From Tubulanus polymorphus (Eukaryota > Animalia > Nemertea): a DNA stretch of 64,000 nucleotides. A program made the translations under genes and the position numbers. Positions 39,184-51,797 of this stretch are shown here, piece by piece (position 1 is the stretch's first letter; the number at the start of each line of letters is the position of its first letter). A model generated the notes under the pieces. It made no database searches, had not been told where the DNA came from, and saw only the letters and a program-made list of their open reading frames with translations. Location of the stretch: contig NC_134031.1 of NCBI RefSeq assembly GCF_964204645.1, positions 3,472,001 to 3,536,000 on the forward strand, written 5' to 3'.

Positions 39184-42100
39184 CTACCACAGATGAGCCT
39201 CGTGTTGCGGCATACGCACGACGCCGACTCCGCCCCCTAAACGACGGTAATTCATTCCACCATACAGTTTCCAGCAGTTCTGCTCCGGGTCGTAGACCTC
39301 GATCGTTTTTAAATACGTCGTACCGTCGAATCCACCGATCGCCATTAACTGTCCGTTGACGACGGCTAAACCAACCTACAGAAAACAGAGGAAAATATTA
39401 TAGCAGTTTAGATTTGTCTTTTATTCAAATAATCATATCTCTGCACAGGGGAGGTTCTTGGAGAATCCGAAAGCAGGGGTCCAAATGCAAATGGATAAAG
39501 CAGCCATGTAAAAGGTCAAGTTGGATCCACCCTTGGTGTTAGATATTTTTGAAGAAATACATCCGGAAAGATGCGATATACGAGGATTTGCAAATTTTTA
39601 GGCTTCAATGAATTCTGTTTAGGTGAAAAGGGCATTCCGGTTTATCAATCATATAACGTACCCCACTTCTACGCGAAGTCATCGCGACCACCGGCTGCCA
39701 GGTATTAGTGTTCGGATTGTATCGTTCGGCGCTGCTCAGTTCAGTGGCGTCGTCGCGGCCGCCGACCGCGTAGATCATATTGTTGTAAACGGCGACGCCG
39801 AGATGTTTCCTACGAGTTCCCATCGGTGCCATCGCGCTCCATCGGTTTGCTCGCGGGTCGTATTTTTCCACTGAAATTTGAAGAAGAAATATCTTTAAGA
39901 CGCAGCATCATCTTTGGATCAGTTTTTCATGTTTTTTCATATAACTTAATTTGATTGGATCTCCAGAAGCCAGAGAGTACCGAATTTATTCAAAATCATG
40001 AAAATATTGGAAAAATATAATGCAATAATAATTTTACCCGTATTGAGTGGAGATGTACCATCACTTCCACCTACAGCGTATAGATATCCACCTAAAACGG
40101 CGACGCCCACCCCTAATCGTCTGGTACTCATCGATGAAACCTTCGTCCAACGATTCGTCTGTGGATCATATCTGAATACAGCAAACAGTCGTTAAACTTT
40201 ATGAAGATGAAACAAATAATCAAAACTGTCCTTGAGATTCTTCTAAAAGGGTTCTTACAGATCAGAGAATCCCTGACCCTTGACGAAAATTCCCTGATTA
40301 GACTATCAATATCCTCAGCAGGGACTTCTCAAGAGGTTTCTTGTGTCTCTCATCACCCACAAGAACAAGGCACCAAAAATTCAAGTTCCTCGATTTTCAA
40401 GAAGTCGGAATGAATTGCCTGATTTTTCCGGCAGGGAAAAATAAATCTGGAATTCCATGATTTCCCCCGATCAGTAAGAACCCTGTAAAACCTCATTGAA
40501 CGCAGTAGTTTTGAGAATACCTTTCGACGAAGTTCAAACACGATACTCCATCTTGTCCTCCGACGGCGTACATATACCCATCGAGCACGGCTACTCCGAC
40601 GCTAGTACGACAAGAACTGGTTGGAGCGACATCACTGCTCCATTGATTTGTTTGTGGGTCGTATCTACAAACGGTAATATATTCATAGTTTTAGTTTTGA
40701 AACAAACCAAATTCAGCAATCATATCCCCTACGAAGTGAATAATATTTCTAAAAGATATTTTTCTAACCTGTAAATTTTCTGATAACCACAAAGAAATCA
40801 CCATAACGTCATACCTAAACCAAGGGCCCAGTTGCAAAGTCATGACTTAAGTTCAAAAGTGGTCTTAAATAAGACTCTGAATAATTTGTTAGATTAACTA
40901 TAGAACTAAGTTGGTTTTAGACTGGTTGCCAATTGCGGTAAGATGTATGCGAACAAATATTTCAGTCAATGAGGGTACTGGTAAGGGTAATGATGCCCTA
41001 GACACCCTACTATACTTAAAGATAATTAAATCAAAATTTAAAAGGAAAATTATTGAATATAAACTCCAAGTTCTATGGCTCTAAAAACCAACCATTTGGT
41101 ACTAGAAATTATTTGACAGATAGATGATTGGTTTTACATGATAGTGGGCCCCTTCAAGAAAATCAATTACCTTTCAATACTATTGAGATATGATTGTCCA
41201 TCATGGCCTCCAACGGCGTATAATAAATCATTGAGAACAGCAACGCCAACGCCACAACGCCGCTTGCTCATCGGCGCTACCATACGCCACTCATTCGACT
41301 GTGGATCATACCGCTCAACGCTGGATATGGCATCTCCGCTGCACCAACCACCGACTACAGAAATAATTAGTAAAAATATTCATCTTCAAATAACGGTAAT
41401 CAAATAGGTTTTAATAATGAAACTGTTTTTACAGGTACAGCAGTTTTGATTTGGGCTAAATCCTATATGAAAACTCAATTCTTTAGTTTTGAGATTTATC
41501 AAATAGCAGTTAAAGTTTTTTAACCCAGTTGCATAATAGTGTTACACCTTCTTGATAAACTGATCCCGGCGTCGATTGGACTGAATTTAGTCAATTTTAC
41601 CTAAACTGGACCCAATGTAATTTTCGAAAAATACCCACCGGCGAACAGCACCTCTCCACAGCGAATCGGCTTACGCGGACGAGTACGCGGTCCTTGCATT
41701 AGAGGGCGCTCTTGCGGTAGCAGCAAGTAGTTCTTGGCTTCGTCGACCAAATCGCGACACGATTCGTCACTTTTCACGAGTAAATCCGAACCGACCGTGC
41801 CGACTAAAAACTTCGGACTCATCAGCGGCAGACGGACGTGTTGTAATACCTGTAAATGTAGAAACCTTCATTAATATCGTGTTTACACCAAACTGTCTCC
41901 ACAGGATCCCTCTAAAGATCAGTCATTCCTGGATAAGTAGCTTTCAAGGAGTTTTCAGTAAAATCAGCAGAAAATTTCAAATTCTGAGAAGTGTCTGCAT
42001 CACTTTCATATACAGGGTACCAATTATTGTAGACTCCCCCTAAATTGGTAATGTCCCTCTCAGTAAACCATTCATTCGGTGGTTTTTAAGCATATTCTTA

Positions 42101-44062
42101 TCCTTTACACTACTTAAACCGGTATTCTTATTTGGTCGTTGCCTAATTGGATAAAAAGAATCCAGGCCCCAACAGCACAGAATTAGGCGTAGTTACTCCA
42201 TATAACAAAAACCATTTCTAAAATTCCACAACAGACAGTGTTTAATCAAGATTGACACGGGCACAACCTGCTCCTCAGAAAATTCTATGCGCTAGTGTAC
42301 TAGCATAGTTCATTACCTATTTATACACCGCACTGCAGTGTAGACGAACTGAAACATTGTTGTACAAATATGACTCATTCCAATGAGGCCAAATAGATCT
42401 AAGGTGATTCAAATGGCAAAACTTACGGTGGGTAAATTTGGCCGACGTTCTTGTATACTGAATTTCACCCAGGCCATCACAGCGTTATAGACTTGTTCTT
42501 CGTTGCGTACATTCAACTCTTCGCTGGAGATGATATCGACGAGTTGATTCACCGGCAATAACATGAATTCTTCACTTTCCATCACCTGAAAATAAACCCA
42601 CGAAAAAATTTACGGTAGATGTTACAACCGGCAGAATAGGTACATTGGTGATAATGATCAGTGAATCCGGAATACCCTTGAATTATGATATTCTCAGTTA
42701 GCCTATTGACTTGAAACATTTTTTCCTGGGTCCAGTTCCACAGTTCTCAGATTTGACTCTAGAGTTAACTCATTGAAAATGAACTAACTTTAACTCAGAG
42801 TTAACTCTAACTCACAACGGGTGGAACCGAGTCCTGTTTCTCGTAAAGCACACGACGCAGGGAAACATATTTCTGGTTAATGATGAAAACCCATTGTTGA
42901 TGATTTAACAATTTATGCTCTGACAGTTTTGAGGTTTTAACTAAATTTCATCATCAGAGAAACGAAAATCCTAATTTTCATCATTTTCATTTTTCTGATG
43001 ATGAAATTTAGTCAAAACTGTCGAGATAAACTGTTAGGCTATATCAACAACTGTGGGTTTGTTCATCAACACTGGAATAGTAGAATGATGACCACACTCA
43101 AACGTGGTGAACGGATAATAAGATAAAATCCCACTATTTACAGATTAAAAGAATTTAAAAGCCAGAATTTATTTATTAAATCTAAAATATTTAAAAGACA
43201 CGACGTTTCGATCTCACCTTAGAGATCATCGTCATCACACCTGACGATGATCTCTAGGGTGAGAACGAAACGTCGTGTCTTTTAAATATTTTAGATTATA
43301 TAAATAAATTCTGGTTTTTAAATTCTTTTAATCTGTAAATAGTGGGATTTTATCTTATTACTGGAATAGTGATATCAATAAACAAGTTTCTGATTTTCCC
43401 TGGGTCATACCGTAACTGAAACAGACTTGAGATTTTATTAACGACCGATTTCAAGTGATTCTCACCTCCTGAAAGTTATGCTGAGTAAATTTATCTGCGA
43501 TTCTCAGAAGGTCTCGGCAGGCGTGCGTATCGGCAAACGCCCGGATACCTAGACAATTCGACGGGTCTAACTGTCGTTTGAGAAACTCGCAGCAGACATC
43601 TTGAATTTCGGCGAGTTGTAACAAACACGCGGCCGGCAACAACGTCTGTACGTTACTCTCCTCGACGATGATGTTGCAGGTGTAACAAAAATCGATCAGT
43701 AATTCCATGGCGAGTTCGTCGATGTCGCGAATCGTGACCTCCGTTTGTCGGCTCTCGGCGAGCTCGCCGGTGAACATCGCGTGGAAATACGGACTGCACG
43801 CCGACAGTATGACACGATGCGCGAATATCTTACGCTGTCCGACGACGAGCACGACGTCGCACAGTTCTCGGTGTTTACGCAGCACGCTGATCGCGTCGAG
43901 CATGTGACGCGGGTGTTTTTCCGATGTGTACGCGAGTCGCGCCGGCGACGCCGGGTCGGACGACGGCGATGAAGTGATCATCGTAAGCGATGGTTCGATC
44001 ATTTTATCTCGGAACGGACGAGTCGAAAATAAACTCCTTTTTTGTTTATCAATTCCGTTCAT
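39184..44062 (-). CDS. KLHL20: Kelch-like protein 20 / diablo (BTB-BACK-Kelch CUL3 adaptor), multi-exon; start Met could be 44062 or a downstream ATG
   Basis: [31 protein letters not shown]; [28 protein letters not shown]; Kelch repeats ([22 protein letters not shown]); last exon ends [15 protein letters not shown]. Confidence 0.96.
40248..40486. mobile_element. CAGGGT-ended MITE-like family member (TCAGGGAA-rich)
   Basis: AGGGTTCTTACAGATC ... GATCAGTAAGAACCCTG. Related TCAGGGAA-rich fragments at ~6181-6287, 6800-7046, 33200-33380, 34198-34270 and 49768-49870. Confidence 0.5.
43082..43360. mobile_element. Penelope-like retroelement remnant: inverted pair of terminal repeats with 10-11 bp TSD, in a KLHL20 intron
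   Basis: 119-bp near-perfect arms 43116-43234 / 43242-43360; flanking direct repeat (A)CTGGAATAGT at 43071-43081 and 43360-43370; carries a hammerhead motif; decayed relative at ~46167-46265. Confidence 0.75.
43237..43278 (+). ncRNA. Minimal type I hammerhead ribozyme motif
   Basis: ACAC-CTGACGA-T-GATCTC-tagggt-GAGAAC-GAAA-CG-TC-GTGT: stem I ACAC/GTGT, core CUGANGA and GAAA, stem II with one mismatch, vestigial palindromic stem III (ACGT), predicted cleavage after C43274. Confidence 0.7.
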
Positions 44063-47000
44063 TCATTCATTCAATCTAATCTATTTTCTTTTTTTACCAA
44101 TCTTAAGGATCTGTCGACAAAAAGGTCAAAAATACTTTCCAAATACCATTTCGCAGTAGAATCAAAAATAACAGCTGTATTCAGGCACCTCCTTTTTGTT
44201 TTGGATTATTTGTAATAGTACTGGCGTTCTGTCACTGCAATTTACTTCCGGGTTGAATGATGTCTGTCTGCAGAGTTTCCAGAACCTGTCATGTTAGGTC
44301 TCAATACGTGGACCTGTCATGTCAGGTCCCGAAAAACCCAAACTCACAACAATATTTGACGAAACGACGAAATATCTAGGCATGTGCTAGACGAATGGAA
44401 GAACATTTTGAGTTGAATGAATATTCTGATCCGTCGTAAATATCGAAAATGATTCAACAATAACGATAAGGAAAATGTTCTGACTAATAATTCATTTGAA
44501 AGGTTGATTTATAAGAAGAACATATTTATGTGTAAAATGACTTATTTCTGTATTAAAGGGAAAAATAAGTTTCAGGCATAGATGAATTAATTAATGTAGA
44601 AGTAAGGGAATATTTTCGATAGCTGAATCGAGGTCTTGATATTTCGTTTCCGCAATAAGACACTGAAAAATATCTGCTCACTATCACAGTTCGCCGGCAT
44701 CACTCCTCACTGTCCGAAGTCTCACTATTTATATTCATTGTTTTTATGATGTACATGTAAAAGAGCCGCTCCCGCTCCTGCTCCTGTTCCTGCTTCCTGA
44801 GGAACGACGTCTTTATGTTTTATGTAAGTAGACTTGCTATCTAAAATCTGGTATATACATTTTACTTTTAAGAAAGAATTTAAAACAGCTATAAACTTAA
44901 GTTATTGATGTTATTGATTAGTTACCGATTGTATAATTATGTTGAAGCTGCCAGGAAAAACGTCAGAATACTTAGTATGTAATGTCAAGGTGTTTGGAAA
45001 TCTTTAAGACAAGGCAAAGTTGGCAAAATTCTAGTTTTCTAGTGAAAGTAATGATTAATTGATACTAAGAGTTCCAGAGTGAATCTGAGTTTTTGTTATT
45101 TTCCCATTGATGCAAATTGTATGAATCAACTGTAGTGGAAATGTATCATATATAAAGACTTATAAATACCTTACATGTAACTTTTGTGATTTTAAAGTTA
45201 GTACAATTTCATACATAGTAATAGAAATAAAATTGCTATCAAAATTTGAGAAAATAAGCTAAAAATTAATAATTTAATATGTGAAAATAAAATGATGTAA
45301 AGAATGTAAATCAGATTGATTAATCCTACGCTTTCCAGAGTATTTGGCCAGGTTTATCTCTGTTTTTAGTGCGTGGGCCATGGACAATTGAGTCCATGGT
45401 TGGGCCATAGACTTGTTTGTTTTAGAGTCTTATGTTTGGACCAAGGGGCGTATAAACACTCGTTTATACGCCTATGGTGGTTGGACTAGTTGTTTTTTGA
45501 AAGTCCACTTGTTTGAGGAGCTTACGTTATAATTCCTCGAGCAATCCTGGCATTTGGTATAATTGTTGTATGAGAATAAATATGATTTTGAAATTTGTCA
45601 TTCGTTGAGTTAAGCAACAAGTGTTACTAAAACGAAGCACTACTAAATAAAAAGACTATATGCACCAGAGAAAACCGACCAATTTACGTTTCACATGCAT
45701 TTGTTTATATCAGGTATTGCCTACACTGATTAGCAGAGGTGGTTGAATACACAGATAGATGGCACCCCTAGTGATGATTTCTAATGAGGGCAATCTCATC
45801 GGACTTCGTTTTAGTCATGCATAGTTCTTACACCTCTAAGTGCATAGGTCTTAGTTTTAGTAGTGCATGTTTTAATAACACCCCCATTTCACTGCCTTCT
45901 ATTAAATTCACTGCTTTTCACGGCCGGTCCGTGAATCATTTACAAACCCTGGCAGTTGAATCAGATGCAGTTTCCTGGAAAACTTTTAACTAGGCCACCA
46001 CATGAGGCACGCTTTTCATATACAGTACGCGCCGAGTCGTTGATTTAAAGCTGGGCAGTTTCATATCAGATTCTGACACCGCTAGAAGTCCAAAAAAGCT
46101 TCGATGGTCCGGACATGGACTTTTGTTCGAAAAAATATATACATTTCAGTACAAAAACCATACTCATCAAACGTGGTGAACGGGATAATAAGATAAAAAA
46201 AACCCTGTGTACAAATTAGAATTTTAGAATCGAGAATTTATTTATGTAAAAAATATAAAATACACAATGATTCATTCAAGTCCCCAGCTAAGGGTAAATG
46301 TGTTCATTGAACGCCTTGGCGTTTATTAAATATCATTCTTCAATGTTTTTCTGTCAATTGATTCCGTCGTTCTTGCAGTATCTTAACCTATGTTACGGCG
46401 TAATGAATACAAGTTCAAGTTGGTGGTCGATCGTAGCTAATTGACTCAGGGGAACTCTCAATGAATGTTTTTACTTTTTTGCATGATCGTATTTGGTAAT
46501 TCGATTTAAATCAACCTCAACGCCAATTGACTGTAAATGTTTGGTGCGGTTTAGACGGTTTCGGTCGGTATTTAGGTCTACTGTCTCTCGGCGGTCTGTC
46601 TGCGGAATCTCGGGATAATTGTTGATTTGCTTCTTATCTGGCCGAGAAATTTTTTCCGTCAAGAAATTATTCCCGTGGAACGGGTTGTTTATTATTTCGT
46701 TTACGCCAATGACAACCAGAAAACAGTAGGTATTCGATCGCGTGATATCTGAGCGTCGAATAGATAACTCACTATTTGGAAAGTAGGTGAGATTACCAGG
46801 GATTACTGTCGTGTCGTCCCGGTAAAAAAAAAAACAGACCAGAGGCAGAGCAATCTCAACAGAACGGACAGAACATTAAGTCAATTCATATTTCACTAGA
46901 TTGGATCAATTGAGGATTGATTAAATTGGTCTTGATTGTTCAGGGGTATTTCACTGTCGAGGTCTCGGTATCAATTCAGATTTCTCGTGGGAATGAATTA

Positions 47001-47321
47001 TTGAATGAAGAAAATTTAGCGCCCCAACCCTGCTGACCCGGCCTCCGCTCCTGTTGGTGCAGATCCTGCCCCTGGAAATCCTGAAACTTGCTTATTATGA
47101 GTTATATTTTGGGTAGGATTAAGATTATATACGTCGTAGTAGTAGTGAATGCGCTTCATTTCATATATTGCAGATTTTGAAAGCCAGGTCAGGAACGCGA
47201 GTACAACTCCATTGACGACGGTTCCATAAACCAGTTCACTGTATCGTGCGGTGGTACGTTTCATAAGCGTTATACCTCCCCCTGTGTACCTCTTAAAAAC
47301 ACACCGATTATTGCGAACAAA

Positions 47322-50300
47322 ATGACGGATGTGGACGCAGCAGCAATGCCCCCGCCGGACACCGTGCCCGTGGCCCTGGATACTGACAAGTACGGCGAGC
47401 TGGGCAACTTTCGCATCGATAAGAAAATCGGACGCGGTCAGTTCAGCACGGTGTACTGCGCGACGTGCCTGATCAATATGAAAGTCGTCGCTTTGAAAAA
47501 AGTGCAGGTAAAATTCCGCTTGATAACGTATTATACAGTTTTTCTTTTTTCTCTTATTTTCTATTCAATCGCACGCGCGCTTAAATGCGATGATAGGTAG
47601 GTAGTTTTGGGAAAATATTATTTTCGAAAAAAAAGTAATGGCAGCCGAATTTGCCGTGCCCGTCAATCCTGACGACGTCGAAAGCAAGTACGGTTGCGTC
47701 GAAAATTTCGAAATCGATAAGAAAATCGGTAAGGGTCAGTTCAGCGAGGTGTATCGCGCCCGGTGTAAGTTCGATTGCAGTCACGTCGCTCTAAAAAAAG
47801 TTCAGGTAAAAAATGAATCTTTTTCGATGGTGATTTCGATGTCTACTCGTTACATTATCATACTGTATCGCCGTGTATGCTCTATCGGTAGAATCCTACC
47901 TGCCCCTAAGAGAGTGTTTCACCAGGAAATATTTGAGTTTGGAACTTTGGATTTTTGGTTAAAGCTACTCAGGCATTCTGTAAATGCATAGGACATGAAG
48001 TCAGTTCTCATTCTGAAATTTATTAGGATGCAACATTTATTTTCGGATCGCTTTTGCAAGGGTGTATTTAGGTACCCTCGTAATATATTGAAGGGCCCCT
48101 CAAAGTTTCAGTATCTAAGATTCCTGAACTATTACAATTTTATGCTTGTGCAATTTTTGAGGCACCCTAAAACTCCTTCTATGGGGCTTTGTATTTTCAG
48201 CATTCAATCATAGTCCCTACTGGCACAATGTGCCTTTTCAAATAACCTCCAAAAATTGCCATCATATTCTCCTGGATCCACCCTTGATTTTGTTTGTCTA
48301 AGAAATATCTTGTATTGTCAAATAAGAATGAAATGCTGGTAATAAAGCCTATCATCAGATTGACTAGTTACTAAAGTCAGTCAGAACTTTTCTTGTGAAA
48401 CTGAGTCCTGTCATTAGAGCATTATGAATATCAACAGTTTTTCGTGCATGCTTCAATTTTGTTGTATGAACCTTTGACTGGTGGAAACTTTACTCCGCAA
48501 ATTGTCCGCAGATCTGTACCTGCTATATACAATGTGTTGTTGTACACTTGTTGCATAATTGATCATGTCAATGCTTTAGTGCGTAGTACTTATTGTTCAC
48601 AGCTCATCAATATCCATTGTGTTCTTATTGATCACTGATAACTAATACTGTCGTCTACTCAAAACCCTATCCTCAATCCCTGAGATAAACGTTCTCATTA
48701 GTTTCCCTATCCTCAATCCCTGAGATAAACATTCTCATTAGTTTCTCTATCCTCGAGTCCTGAGATATACCCTCTACACTTGACTTGCTTGTAAAGTATG
48801 GTTCGACTAGATCGTCAGAATTTCGGATTAATTATTCAATGACGTGATTTGAATTCATATCGTTCTTTATAGATTTTTGTTGAAATGAAAATCAAGCCAA
48901 AAGAAAAAGACTGAATACAAAACCACATAATACAATCTAATACATGGTTTTGACATTTTGACTAAATTCTATTTTTTTAAAGAATCTTGAATTGTTGTCA
49001 TTGAAAATGGCATTTTAGTCAAAACTTCAAAATCCTCTGTAAATTTTACTCTGTATTGTGGGTTTTTTCTTCAATTGAACTAGACAGTCGCTAAAACAGG
49101 AATGCGTACCGTCGAGATATAGACTTATTGAGATGAAATTATATTTTTCATATGTAATGAAAGACCCTGCCCTTTTATTACAACATGAATATCACCATGG
49201 ACGTATAGACTAGAGCTTAACACTAGTCTATGCGCCCATGACGACACTTACTTATAACATACCTTGTATTCTTTTATATAACTTTGTATGTATAATCGTG
49301 TTGTAATTCGAGGGAAAATAAAGTTATATTATTATTATATTATTAAATGATACAATCTTCTGAATCATTTTGTAGATATTCGAAATGATGGACGCAAAAG
49401 CCAGAAATGATTGCATTAAAGAAATTGACTTATTGAAGGTAATTTAGTGAGATAAAGATACCACGAACAATGATCATTATAGATTCACGATCTTATTGGA
49501 AAACAAGAATTATTTGTCAATGTTTGTAAATTATTCTTACAGCAACTCAATCATCCAAACGTCATCAAATATTTAGCTTCGTTTATCGAGAACAATGAGT
49601 TGAATATCGTGTTAGAGTTGGCAGACGCCGGCGACCTGCAGAGAATGATCAGGGTGAGTCGAGAATTTGTCTGAAATATTCACCTGGGTGGTGCGATAGT
49701 CTACCTGACACGACTGATAGCTGGTCGCTGTCAGAATTCTTAGATAAGGTCAAACTTGCTTTACAAAGGTGACCACTGACCTGTGAAACTCAGGGAATCG
49801 GAAAAATCAGGGAAAACTCAGGGAATTAGAAAGACGCATTTTACCAAAAAACAAGAAAACTCAGGGAATTCGCAAATGTTATTAACCATGCGATTCTTAA
49901 TCAATTCATGATTCATCAAAAATGAATGAATAATAACATTTTGAACCTATAAATTTATCTGATTCACTCAGCAATCGATTAATTCTATTGAATGAAATTT
50001 TCAGTTATTGGCTGTCGTACGCACTTGTATGAAATCGGTCTCTCCATTCGGTGTATATGTAATTATGTATAGCTACTATGGATAAACCATTAAACTTAAA
50101 TGTAGGCTTCGAGTCTTGGCTCGTGTTGCTTGTTGATCTATAGCCTTGGTAATCACTTTCATCGATCTTTCAGCATTTTAAGAAGAACAAACGATTGATC
50201 CCCGAGAAAACCATCTGGAAATATTTCATACAAATCTGCAGCGCGTTGGCACACATGCATTCCAGACGTATCATGCACAGAGGTACGAGAAGCAGACGCA

Positions 50301-51797
50301 CGCATCTAATTATCATAATTAATGAACCGAGTAGAGGGAATTTTCAACTTTGAAACTTATTTTTCAGATATCAAACCGGCGAATGTGTTCATCACTCAAG
50401 AAGGCATCGTAAAACTCGGTGATCTTGGACTCGGTCGTTTCTTCAGCTCAAAAACAACAGCTGCACATTCACTTGGTCAGTTTAATGGATTAGTCGCAGA
50501 GGCATAAACTTTATAAGACAGAAGCCCTCTGGGCCCAGTTTCACATAAAGGATTAAGGCCTAAATCGATTTAAGATAAGCCAAATTAATGAAGAAAACCT
50601 TTTTGTGAAACTGGGCCCAGGGTCGTAACTCATTTTGAACAAATGTTCCCCTGTCTACTTTAATTAATGCCTTTTTTGACTGAATTCCAAACCTACATGA
50701 ATGGTTTCGTTTTGAGTAAATCTTCGACTCTTTTATTTGTCTAAACGTTAAGTTGGTTAGCGGAAGAAAAGTGTTCGATGTTTTAGTAAATCCTTGTCAT
50801 CAGGAAACTGCATTCAATGTGTTGAATTTTGGTTATGATATTATTTGTTTTCAGTTGGAACACCGTACTACATGTCTCCTGAGCGTATTCACGAGAATGG
50901 TTATAATTTTAAATCCGATATCTGGTCATTAGGCTGCCTACTATACGAAGTAAGCGCACTCACAACCTCGTTTATATGAATTTATATTAACAGTTTTGAC
51001 TGTAGATCGCAGTAAGACTGCGTCAATTTTCGAAAAATAACAAGGACAGCCTAATACATTTGGCTCACGTTTTGCTTTACTTTGCGCTAATCAGGTTTTG
51101 TCTGTTGATTGCAGATGGCAGCACTGCAGTCACCGTTTTACGGCGATTCGATGAACTTGTACTCATTGTGTAAGAAGATCGAACAGTGTGATTACCCTCC
51201 GTTACCTTCGGAAAATTACTCGGAAGAGGTACGTCTTCAATTAATCAGAAAAAAAACCAGAGCTGCGGGCTTAAGTCTTCAACCACATAACTTACGCCAT
51301 AGAAAGATGGCCGCTTACCGGTACCTGGAAATTAGGAAACCTGGAAATCAAGTCAAAACTCGGGGTACTGTTGGTGGTAGAGTTTCTCAGCGAGGTTTTT
51401 CCTTCACTCCCCTACAGGGAATAAGATACCTCAAACCCTATTGTGGTCTGTAGTATTAAGTTAAGGAATTTATTGCAAAAATATACAGTACTGGTGTATA
51501 TAATACAAAATAGACAATCTTCTATATTACACTAAAGGATCAGTTATTACGCTTAATTTTTCAACCCTTGATTGACCCCTTAACATTCTTCGAGACTGAT
51601 ATCTTTGCTGCTGCTACTTGTAGAGTAACCTAATTGTGAATTTTTAAACTTTTCATACATAGCTGAGGACATTGGTCAACGTATGCATCAACCCCGAACC
51701 GGAACAACGACCCAACATTCAATACATCTACGACATCGCGCAGGAGCGATACCAGTTCTTCTACGGTCCACAAACCACGGAGCAGACGGCGCAGTAG
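47322..51797 (+). CDS. NEK7: NIMA-related kinase NEK6/7 with two alternative first coding exons (47322-47507; 47638-47805)
   Basis: [16 protein letters not shown] | [21 protein letters not shown] | [14 protein letters not shown] | [33 protein letters not shown]|[28 protein letters not shown] | [16 protein letters not shown]; stop at 51795-51797. Likely a single pro-orthologue of vertebrate NEK6 and NEK7. Confidence 0.95.
48665..48766 (+). repeat. 40-bp tandem repeat, about 2.5 copies, NEK7 intron
   Basis: CCCTATCCTCAATCCCTGAGATAAAC(G/A)TTCTCATTAGTTT repeated. Confidence 0.8.
50529..50620. mobile_element. 92-bp Harbinger-like mini-MITE in a NEK7 intron
   Basis: Perfect 17-bp inverted ends CTGGGCCCAGTTTCACA / TGTGAAACTGGGCCCAG. 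Confidence 0.65.

Noticed and set aside
42996-43020. CTGATGA followed by GAAA as a second hammerhead
   Set aside because: No stem II or stem I can form; it belongs to a separate decayed inverted repeat (~42871-43075).
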